6,844 bases of DNA, from the IMG/VR virus record IMGVR_UViG_2687453529_000005, one strand, 5' to 3'. Position numbers and translations under genes: made by a program. Origin of the DNA: a virus (taxonomy: Duplodnaviria; Heunggongvirae; Uroviricota; Caudoviricetes). Below are positions 1-6,248 of this stretch, in pieces; position 1 is the first letter of the stretch, and each line of letters opens with the position of its first letter. The notes under the pieces are model-generated. The model saw only the letters and a list, made by a program, of their open reading frames with translations, was not told where the DNA came from and searched no databases.

Positions 1-54
1 ACGATCAGTAGAGGTGAATAGCGACCCACGACGCTATTCACCATGCCGGTTCAA

Positions 55-402
55 TTACGAATTACTGCGGCGCTGTTGCTTTTCCGCATGTACGCGTTTC
101 ACAATCTTATAAATCCATTGCAGCGTCAGATTATATTTCTTCGCTAATTCGGCGTAGTTGCGCCCATCGCACTCGCTATAGATTTGGTAGTCACGCTCCG
201 ATGCTCGTCCGGAGATCCCCTTAGGGAAATAGATGCTTTGTCCGCCCCAGTTACGCATCATTCGGTCGGCAATGGCAAAACCCACATTTTCTGCCGATGA
301 ACTGTCGAGATTGATGCTTTCAATCAGAACTTGCGATGCATGAAAAGCCAGGTCGTTAATGATCTCCGGTGTCCGGGCCATCTCTTTTGATTTTCGTATC
401 AT
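55..402 (-). CDS. Mor/C-family transcriptional activator (phage middle/late gene activator)
   Basis: 115-aa ORF with the Mor/C signature as I recall it from Mu Mor: ...GGQSIYFPKG...RD..IY...DGRNY.ELAKKYNLTLQWIYKIVKR (C-terminal HTH). GGAG Shine-Dalgarno about 8 nt upstream of the ATG at 400-402 on the minus strand. Oriented divergently from the lysis/tail genes. Confidence 0.8.
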   Translation of the reverse strand: MIRKSKEMARTPEIINDLAFHASQVLIESINLDSSSAENVGFAIADRMMRNWGGQSIYFPKGISGRASERDYQIYSECDGRNYAELAKKYNLTLQWIYKIVKRVHAEKQQRRSNS

Positions 403-623
403 TTTTCATCTCCATATATCTTGCATCCTGAATAAGACCCGATGCGTGTAAAACCACGGATATACGCTAAGCAGTTGTCATTACTGCTACTCAATACATT
501 CAATAAACAAATAAACAATCACCAAAAATATAAACTTTTAATATTAATGAACGTCATAAATTCACGAAATAAATATATTGTTTGGATTATGTTTCTTATC
601 AACAGGAGTATCATTTTACACTA

Positions 624-643
624 TACTGTATACATATACAGTA
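624..643. promoter_or_regulatory. Candidate LexA (SOS) box
   Basis: TACTGTATACATATACAGTA matches the E. coli LexA consensus TACTGTATATATATACAGTA at 19 of 20 positions, with CTGT-N8-ACAG intact. It overlaps a possible rightward sigma70 promoter (-35 TCAACA at 599-604, 17-bp spacer, -10 TATACT at 622-627). Lies in the AT-rich divergent region between the Mor-like gene and the lysis operon. Confidence 0.65.
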
Positions 644-939
644 TTATTTTTACCTGTAGAGTAAAAAGATCGTTTCCCTCACAGTCGCTGACTTTCTTAA
701 ACAAACTTTAAAAATCAAATAACTATCGACTATTCCTACGATCCACCATCATCTTTCCCCTGCATAATGACGCGCTTATTAGCCTGGTCACCTTTTGCTC
801 TTTAATTGCTGAGTCGATTTATTAGCGGGCTTGTTCATTTATAGAGAATCTATTTTTTAAACTTATTTATTAAAGCTTTTTTCATTCTTCACTGGCGGGG
901 TCTGACGACACTAAACGCTCACTTATCAGGAGATATCGT

Positions 940-1227
940 ATGAAAAAAGTCACTTTTCCCCGGCTTTCCGGCTGGCTAGTCGCTTCCGCCGCGCTGTTTG
1001 TCGTGATCGGCTGGACCTCTTCCGCACAGATCCCGGTCGTCATTTATAAACTAAGCCTGGTTTCGCTTTCCGCGGTGCTGGGATACTGGCTCGATCGCAG
1101 TTTGTTCCCCTGGGCACGGCCTGACTCTTTTAGCCCCTGGAAGGAACCTCGTTGCTGCGCGGCGGCAATGATTCGCCGCGCCATCATCGTTGCCGCCGTC
1201 TGTCTTTCCGTCGCCTTAGGGCTATAG
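940..1227 (+). CDS. Small membrane protein, holin candidate (first gene of lysis cassette)
   Basis: 95 aa with two to three hydrophobic helices (LSGWLVASAALFVVIGW; LSLVSLSAVLGYWL; AIIVAAVCLSVALGL). Strong SD AGGAGA 7 nt before the ATG. GC-rich with high third-position GC. Stop TAG at 1225-1227 lies 4 nt before the start of the next gene. The overlapping minus-strand ORF 1044-1442 is judged spurious. Confidence 0.55.
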   Translation: MKKVTFPRLSGWLVASAALFVVIGWTSSAQIPVVIYKLSLVSLSAVLGYWLDRSLFPWARPDSFSPWKEPRCCAAAMIRRAIIVAAVCLSVALGL

Positions 1228-1231
1228 TGAT

Positions 1232-1837
1232 GTGGCTGAAATATATCGCGTCTATGATTATTTTCGTTCTTTTCCCCGCTTAACCGCCTCTGAACCGCCG
1301 CGAGCCTCTCTGGCATGGCGAAACGAACTAATTCGTACAGCTCGAGAAGTCTGGGGGCTGAATGCTCCAGTGGCCGACTTTGCCGGGCAATTACACCAGG
1401 AGTCCGCCTGGCAGCCAATGGTACGTTCCCCCGTTGGCGCACAAGGTATGGCGCAATTTATGCCTGCTACAGCGACATGGATAAGCCAGTTGTATCCACA
1501 ATTGCGTGAAAACAAACCGTATAACCCAACCTGGGCGATTCGCGCGCTGGTGCAATATGACCAGCATTTGTGGAAAAACATCTCTGCGAAAAATGATTGT
1601 CAGCGTATGGCGTTTACCCTAAGCGCCTATAACGGCGGTCAGGGGTGGGTTAACCGGGATAAAAAACTGGCTGCATCCAAAGGGTTAGATGCCACTAGCT
1701 GGTTTGGTCATGTTGAGCAAGTCAACGCCGGGCGCAGCGCCACGAACTGGCGAGAAAATCGTCGCTATCCAAAGATGATCCTCTATCAACATGCCGCCCG
1801 CTATTTACTCTGGGGACAGGCAAGCTGTCTTCATTAA
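1232..1837 (+). CDS. Lytic transglycosylase (SLT-domain) endolysin
   Basis: 201 aa containing the family-1 lytic transglycosylase motifs in order: catalytic E-S (QLHQESAWQP), GMAQFMP (the GLMQ motif) and SAYNGGQG (the AYNxG motif). GTG start at 1232 is the first start after the in-frame stop at 1217-1219 and is probably translationally coupled to the upstream gene. No N-terminal signal or SAR-like hydrophobic segment. Confidence 0.8.
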   Translation: MAEIYRVYDYFRSFPRLTASEPPRASLAWRNELIRTAREVWGLNAPVADFAGQLHQESAWQPMVRSPVGAQGMAQFMPATATWISQLYPQLRENKPYNPTWAIRALVQYDQHLWKNISAKNDCQRMAFTLSAYNGGQGWVNRDKKLAASKGLDATSWFGHVEQVNAGRSATNWRENRRYPKMILYQHAARYLLWGQASCLH

Positions 1838-1849
1838 TCAGAGGGGCCG

Positions 1850-2164
1850 ATGAAACTCAGTATCGATTTTTGGGAAGTGATCTCCCTTATGCTTTCCTTC
1901 GTTGGATTAATGTTTGCTGCCGGAAAACTGCTGTTAGCACAAATTGAAAAACGACTTAATGAGCGTTTTGAGTCTCTGGAAAATGCCCGCAGGGAATCAG
2001 AAACAAGTTGGTCGAAACTGGAAAGAGAATTTCTCGAATTTCGTGCCGAGCTTCCGCTGCATTATGTCCGCAGAGAAGATTATCTTCGTGGGCAAGCAGT
2101 ATTAGAAGCGAAGCTGGATGCCTTATATAGCAAAATCGAGCTGTTACAACGTGGCAGTTATTGA
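1850..2164 (+). CDS. Membrane-anchored coiled-coil protein; possible i-spanin-like or other lysis accessory protein
   Basis: 104 aa with an N-terminal hydrophobic segment (VISLMLSFVGLMFAAGKLLLA) followed by a highly charged, heptad-like helical region. SD GAGGGG 6 nt upstream of the ATG. Sits directly after the endolysin gene. No embedded or adjacent lipoprotein (o-spanin) ORF was found. Confidence 0.5.
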   Translation: MKLSIDFWEVISLMLSFVGLMFAAGKLLLAQIEKRLNERFESLENARRESETSWSKLEREFLEFRAELPLHYVRREDYLRGQAVLEAKLDALYSKIELLQRGSY

Positions 2165-2202
2165 AAAATCCCCACCCTTATGTAAGGGTGGGGATTTTTT
2201 TA
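2164..2202 (+). terminator. Rho-independent terminator (likely bidirectional)
   Basis: Perfect GC-rich inverted repeat AAAAATCCCCACCCTTA-TG-TAAGGGTGGGGATTTTT followed by a run of 8 T; the A-run on the 5' side gives a U-tract on the opposite strand as well. Lies immediately after the stop of the 1850-2164 gene. Confidence 0.8.
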
Positions 2203-2308
2203 ACCATTCAATTTTTTCTCTAAATCACATTAAAAGATTCTTCACCTTCGCTGCTTCAGAATACATTTCAACGATAACGAAGTGAGCGGTAATTAAGGTA
2301 CAGCCTAT

Positions 2309-2764
2309 ATGGAAATTTTATCTGTAATGAATTCTGTTGTGACCAGATTACGTGAACACAACTCCGAAATGGATATATTTATTTCATCTAAGGATGCCCA
2401 GAAATATATTCCACAGACACAACGAGTTGCAGTGATTATTAATTATAGCGGTTCTGTCTTTGCTACGCCCGAAAGCAGTAATGCCATCGTGCAACAGCAA
2501 ATACTCCGCTTAACCGCCACCGTTATTGTTGGCAAAAATTGTGATGCATTAAACGCACTTGATCACATACGCAGCGCATTGGGTGGCCTTCCGCTTCCTG
2601 ATTGTGATCGTCTGCTTTGGCTTGAAAAAGAAATTAATACGGGTGAGAGCGGCGGTTTCTGCCGCTACATCCTGGAAATGGCGACCAGCTCGCTGTTTAT
2701 CGCTGAACAGGAAAGCACGGATCTTCCCCTGCTTACGGAAGTTAACTACGAGGAAACTGAATGA
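2309..2764 (+). CDS. Putative tail completion / terminator protein (Mu gp37-like position upstream of sheath)
   Basis: 151-aa ORF with AAGG 10 nt upstream of the ATG. Its stop overlaps the next start in an ATGA arrangement (2761-2764). Function is inferred from gene order in Mu/P2-type tail modules, not from a recognised motif. Confidence 0.5.
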   Translation: MEILSVMNSVVTRLREHNSEMDIFISSKDAQKYIPQTQRVAVIINYSGSVFATPESSNAIVQQQILRLTATVIVGKNCDALNALDHIRSALGGLPLPDCDRLLWLEKEINTGESGGFCRYILEMATSSLFIAEQESTDLPLLTEVNYEETE

Positions 2765-2958
2765 AATACATCTACAACGGCCCAGCAAGCGGCGTCACCC
2801 TTGCCGATGGACAAGAAATCTTATTGTGGCCGAACAGTGAAATTGATCTGCCAGAAGACAACGAGTGGGTCATGACCATGATTGCCCGCAATCATCTGAC
2901 TCCTGTCATCACTCAGGAAGAACAAAATAACGTAGAGGAAATTGTACATGGCAGCTAA
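2761..2958 (+). CDS. Small acidic protein of unknown function (Mu gp38-like position)
   Basis: 65-aa ORF translationally coupled at both ends: ATGA overlap with the upstream gene and an 11-nt overlap with the sheath start. No recognisable motif; supported only by operon context. Confidence 0.4.
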   Translation: MKYIYNGPASGVTLADGQEILLWPNSEIDLPEDNEWVMTMIARNHLTPVITQEEQNNVEEIVHGS

Positions 2959-4372
2959 TTATCTGCACGGTGTAGAAACTATTGAAATTGAAACCGGCCC
3001 GCGTCCGGTTAAAGCGGTAAAATCCGCCGTCATCGCTTTAATCGGTACATCCCCCTGCGGTCCGGTAAATAAACCAACATTATGCCTTTCTGAAAGCGAT
3101 GCTGCGCAGTTTGGCTCGACTCAGGCTAACTTTACGATCCCACAGGCACTGAAGGCAATTTATGACCACGGTGCCGGTACGGTGGTGGTGATTAACGTGC
3201 TGGATCCGGCAAAACATGGCTCCAACATCAGCAATGAGAGTATCACTTTTGATGCTAACAACCAGGCGAAGCTCGCTCACCGCAATGTGCGTAACGTGGT
3301 ACTAAAGCCCTCTTCATCAAATTCATCAACCTTTAACACCGCAGCATTTAGCGTAGATGAACAAACAGGCATAATTACCCGTAAAGGAGCCGACATTCCT
3401 CCTGGTGCGAAAGTTTGTGCCTATTATTCCTGGTGCGACCCTACAAAGGTCACCGCAGCCGATATTATCGGTACCGTAAATACCGCAGGCGACCGCACGG
3501 GGATGAAACTCCTTCAGGACACCTATAACCTGTACGGTTTCTACGCCAAAATCCTGCTTGCTCCTGTGTTTTGTACGCAAAAATCGGTGACTACTGAGCT
3601 GATTGCACAAGCGGAAAAACTCGGTGCGATTACCTACATTGATGCCCCGATTGGGACAACATTCCAGCAGGTATTGGCTGGACGCGGTTCGCAAGGGGCT
3701 ATCAACTTCAATACCAGCTCTGATCGTGCGCGTTTATGTTACCCACATGTCAAAGTTTACGATGGCATCACTAACCAGGAAATTCTTGAGCCTCTCTCTT
3801 CGCGTGCTGCCGGGCTGCGTGCCAAAGTAGACCTCGAAAAAGGTTTCTGGTGGAGCAACTCAAACCAGGAAATTCAGGGTATTACCGGTATTGAACGTTC
3901 GCTTTCCGCAATGATTGATGATCCACAAAGCGAAGTGAATCAGCTCAACGAAAACGGCATTACCACTATTTTCAATAGTTACGGCTCTGGTCTGCGCTTG
4001 TGGGGTAACCGCACAGCGGCATGGCCTACCGTGACCCATATGCGTAACTTTGAAAACGTCCGCCGGACAGGCGATGTAATCAATGAGTCAATCCGTTATT
4101 TCAGTCAGCAGTATATTGATATGCCGATTAATCAGGCACTTATTGACGCGCTGACCGAATCGGTAAATACCTGGGGCCGAAAACTGATTGCCGACGGCGC
4201 ACTGCTTGGCTTTGAGTGCTGGTACGATCCGGCACGAAATTCACCGGCTGAACTCAGCGCCGGGCATTTATTGCTGAGCTATAAATTCACCCCGCCACCG
4301 CCGCTGGAACGTCTGACGTTTGAAACTGAAATTACTTCTGAATATTTAGTCTCTCTGGAGAGCAATAGCTAA
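2948..4372 (+). CDS. Contractile tail sheath protein (P2 FI / Mu L family)
   Basis: N-terminus MAANYLHGVETIEIETGPRPVKAVKSAVIALIGTSP matches the conserved sheath N-terminal pattern (HGV..E...G.R.I...S.A..G.VGT) as recalled for P2 FI and Mu L. About 474 aa. SD GAGGAA 7 nt upstream of the ATG at 2948; the ORF track's TTG at 2942 is less likely. Stop overlaps the tube start (TAATG). Confidence 0.9.
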   Translation: MAANYLHGVETIEIETGPRPVKAVKSAVIALIGTSPCGPVNKPTLCLSESDAAQFGSTQANFTIPQALKAIYDHGAGTVVVINVLDPAKHGSNISNESITFDANNQAKLAHRNVRNVVLKPSSSNSSTFNTAAFSVDEQTGIITRKGADIPPGAKVCAYYSWCDPTKVTAADIIGTVNTAGDRTGMKLLQDTYNLYGFYAKILLAPVFCTQKSVTTELIAQAEKLGAITYIDAPIGTTFQQVLAGRGSQGAINFNTSSDRARLCYPHVKVYDGITNQEILEPLSSRAAGLRAKVDLEKGFWWSNSNQEIQGITGIERSLSAMIDDPQSEVNQLNENGITTIFNSYGSGLRLWGNRTAAWPTVTHMRNFENVRRTGDVINESIRYFSQQYIDMPINQALIDALTESVNTWGRKLIADGALLGFECWYDPARNSPAELSAGHLLLSYKFTPPPPLERLTFETEITSEYLVSLESNS

Positions 4373-4896
4373 TGGCTGGAAAAATTCAAATTAACCGTAT
4401 TACCAACGCCAATATTTATCTCGATGGTAATAACCTTTTAGGTCGTGCAACAGAAATTAAATTGCCGGATGTAAGTTTAATTATGCAGGAGCATAAAGCA
4501 CTGGGCATGGTGGGTAAAATCGAACTCCCGGCAGGTTTCGATAAACTGGAGGGCGAAATTAAATGGAACTCCTTCTATCAGGACGTAATGCGTAAAACGG
4601 CAAACCCGTGGCAGGCGGTTGCATTACAGTGCCGCTCCAGTATTGATTGCTATAACTCCCAGGGGAAAGCGAATCAATTAGCGCTAGTGACACATTTAAC
4701 CGTGATGTTTAAAAAGAATCCACTGGGCACATTTAAACAGAATGAAAACCCGGAATTCAGCAGCGCCTTTGGTTGCACTTATATTAAACAAGTAGTTGAT
4801 GGTGAAACGCTGCTTGAACTTGATTATATGGCCAATATTTTCCGGGTTAATGGTGTGGATCAATTAAGTACCTATCGCAATAACATCGGTGGCTAA
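4372..4896 (+). CDS. Tail tube protein (P2 FII / Mu M family)
   Basis: 174 aa; C-terminus ...FRVNGVDQLSTYRNNIGG closely resembles the P2 FII C-terminus as recalled (...VNGVD.L...R.NIGL). Immediately follows the sheath gene with a 1-nt overlap. Confidence 0.9.
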   Translation: MAGKIQINRITNANIYLDGNNLLGRATEIKLPDVSLIMQEHKALGMVGKIELPAGFDKLEGEIKWNSFYQDVMRKTANPWQAVALQCRSSIDCYNSQGKANQLALVTHLTVMFKKNPLGTFKQNENPEFSSAFGCTYIKQVVDGETLLELDYMANIFRVNGVDQLSTYRNNIGG

Positions 4897-4900
4897 GTTA

Positions 4901-4920
4901 TTCGGGGCTACGGCCCCGAA
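4901..4920 (+). other. Stem-loop between tube and chaperone genes (possible attenuator or mRNA-stabilising hairpin)
   Basis: TTCGGGGC-TACG-GCCCCGAA is a perfect 8-bp GC-rich stem with a 4-nt loop, 5 nt after the tube stop, followed only by CTTT (weak U-tract). Confidence 0.35.
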
Positions 4921-4946
4921 CTTTGCAAAATAAATAAGGACACAAA

Positions 4947-5264
4947 ATGAAAGAACATTATATCTTGCAGTTTCCATTTACGTCGGCAGCAGGAAATAAT
5001 ATCGACACGCTGCAATTACGTCGCCTGAAAGTAAAAGATATGCGCAACGCCCGCCGGATCAGCGAAAAGCCAGAAGAGTGGGATGAACCGCTGATGGCGG
5101 CGATGACCGGACTGGTGCCAGAAGATTTAGCCGAAATGGATTTGCTGGATTACCAGGCATTGCAGAAACGATTTCAATCCATGCTTACCGTGGTTACAGA
5201 ATCCTCCCCTGCTATGGCAGGCAATGGCGCTACTGGCGAGATGGTTTCGCTTTCCGCCCAGTGA
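4947..5264 (+). CDS. Tail assembly chaperone (P2 gpE-like)
   Basis: 105-aa ORF between the tube and tape measure genes, the conserved position of the tail chaperone. SD AAGGA 9 nt upstream. Similarity to P2 gpE is from recall only and is loose; ends ...SLSAQ. Confidence 0.7.
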   Translation: MKEHYILQFPFTSAAGNNIDTLQLRRLKVKDMRNARRISEKPEEWDEPLMAAMTGLVPEDLAEMDLLDYQALQKRFQSMLTVVTESSPAMAGNGATGEMVSLSAQ

Positions 5265-5352
5265 GATAGACGCCCTTACCGTCGATGACTTTAGCAACTG
5301 GCTGGATGAAGCCAGCGCCCAAATAAAAATCGAATATGACTCGCAGACCTGA
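5131..5352 (+). other. Open +1 frame overlapping the chaperone 3' end and extending about 29 codons past its stop (candidate E-prime-type frameshift extension or small overlapping ORF)
   Basis: The frame shifted +1 relative to the chaperone is stop-free from 5131 to the TGA at 5350-5352 and reads ...MALLARWFRFPPSEIDALTVDDFSNWLDEASAQIKIEYDSQT. The -1 frame hits TAG at 5267-5269. An internal ATG at 5224 could alternatively initiate a 42-codon ORF. Confidence 0.4.
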
Positions 5353-5453
5353 TGTCTGCGAGTTTCCCAAGCCCGTCAGGTTTATTTCTTCCCTGCCCCT
5401 TTTTTTAGAAAAATAACCAGCGGGCCATTATCAATATTTAAAGAGAAACAATT

Positions 5454-6248
5454 TTGGCCAACGATATTATTACCCAGCTTCAGGCGCGTAATGAGACGTT
5501 GACGCAGGCAATAGCCCGTTACGGCTCACTCAACGCCAGAACATTGTTAACTCTCTCTACTCAGCAGGCGACAGTTATCAAACTAACGCAGCAGCTTGCC
5601 GATTCCGCTCTCCGCCTGGAGGAAAATAGCCGCAGCCGCGCTAATCTGATGGAGAAAACCCAAACATTTGCCGGGCAATTTAGCAAAGTATTCAATGTTG
5701 AAGCCCCCGACTGGAAGTTGCCGTATGAGTTTCAGGACAACATGGTCAATATGGCGACCAAAGGTGGGATGAATGCTACAACCCGCGAGACGCTCAGCCT
5801 TAATCTGCGCGACTGGAGCATGGATTTTAACCAGCAGCAGACCACCTTACAGAACGCAGCCCAAACGCTGATCGAAGGCAATTTGTCGTCGATGCAGGAT
5901 CTCAACCGTTATATGCCGGAGATCGCCAAAGCTGCCACCGCCACGCGCGAAAGTGCTGAAACGTGGGCGAATGCCGCGCTCGCGACTCATGATCGACTGA
6001 ATATTGCCCCGGAAAATTTCCACGCCGCGCAAAACATGATGTACGGCATTAGCAAAAGCGGTGGGCCTGCCATTGCTGAACAAACGCAGTGGATAGAGAA
6101 ATTTGCAGGTAAAACCGGCGCTCAGGGTCTGGAAGGTATGGCTGAACTGACTGCCGCCATGCAGATCGCAATGAAAAATGGGGCCAGCGCCAGTGCGGCG
6201 GCGGAGAATTTTGAAATGATTTACTGGAGAGTTTATCAAAAGCGTTAA
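5454..6248 (+). pseudogene. Tail tape measure protein, N-terminal fragment only (truncated by deletion)
   Basis: TTG start after the chaperone, in the expected tape measure position, with Ala/Gln-rich helical sequence typical of tape measure N-termini. The ORF stops after about 264 codons, far too short for a sheathed-tail tape measure, and its last ~11 codons (..EMIYWRVYQKR) are read out of frame from cadC-like sequence. Confidence 0.6.

Larger units (their letters stand above)
1..6214. mobile_element. Prophage-derived block (Mu/P2-type myovirus lysis and contractile-tail genes with Mor/C-type regulator), truncated on the right; left boundary outside window
   Basis: Contiguous phage-type genes (Mor/C activator, lysis cassette, sheath, tube, chaperone, tape measure) ending abruptly at the junction with cadC-like sequence near 6205-6215. 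Confidence 0.65.

Noticed and set aside
442-711. 89-aa plus-strand ORF in the divergent intergenic region
   Set aside because: Extremely AT-rich, low-complexity translation with no RBS; it overlaps the LexA box and promoter region. Consistent with a chance ORF in AT-rich regulatory DNA.
1044-1442. 132-aa minus-strand ORF overlapping the membrane-protein and endolysin genes
   Set aside because: Antisense to two plus-strand genes that have good RBSs, operon continuity and, for the endolysin, clear catalytic motifs. Arg/Ala-rich translation is typical of a spurious frame in GC-rich coding DNA.
1258-1581. 107-aa minus-strand ORF and the 64-aa plus-strand ORF (1315-1509) inside the endolysin gene
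   Set aside because: Both are embedded in the SLT-domain gene whose frame carries the conserved motifs; no independent support.
1850-2164. Embedded o-spanin (Rz1-like) gene within the spanin-like gene
   Set aside because: The only internal alternative-frame ORF (ATG 1959, 52 codons) has no signal sequence or lipobox cysteine, and the remaining frame has no start codon.
2549-2840. Alternate-frame ORFs (2549-2788 minus, 2559-2840 plus) overlapping the tail completion gene
   Set aside because: Basic, low-complexity translations overlapping a gene that is translationally coupled into the tail operon.
2942-2947. TTG at 2942 as the sheath start, as given in the ORF track
   Set aside because: The ATG at 2948 has a well-spaced GAGGAA Shine-Dalgarno and yields the conserved MAANYLHGV N-terminus; the TTG adds two residues with poorer spacing.
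3080-3830. ORFs inside the sheath gene (3080-3280 minus, 3326-3694 minus, 3603-3830 plus)
   Set aside because: Embedded in the confidently identified sheath coding frame; no RBS or motif support.
5247-5270. Conventional -1 programmed frameshift at the end of the chaperone gene
   Set aside because: The -1 frame hits TAG at 5267-5269 immediately, giving no meaningful extension; only the +1 frame is open.
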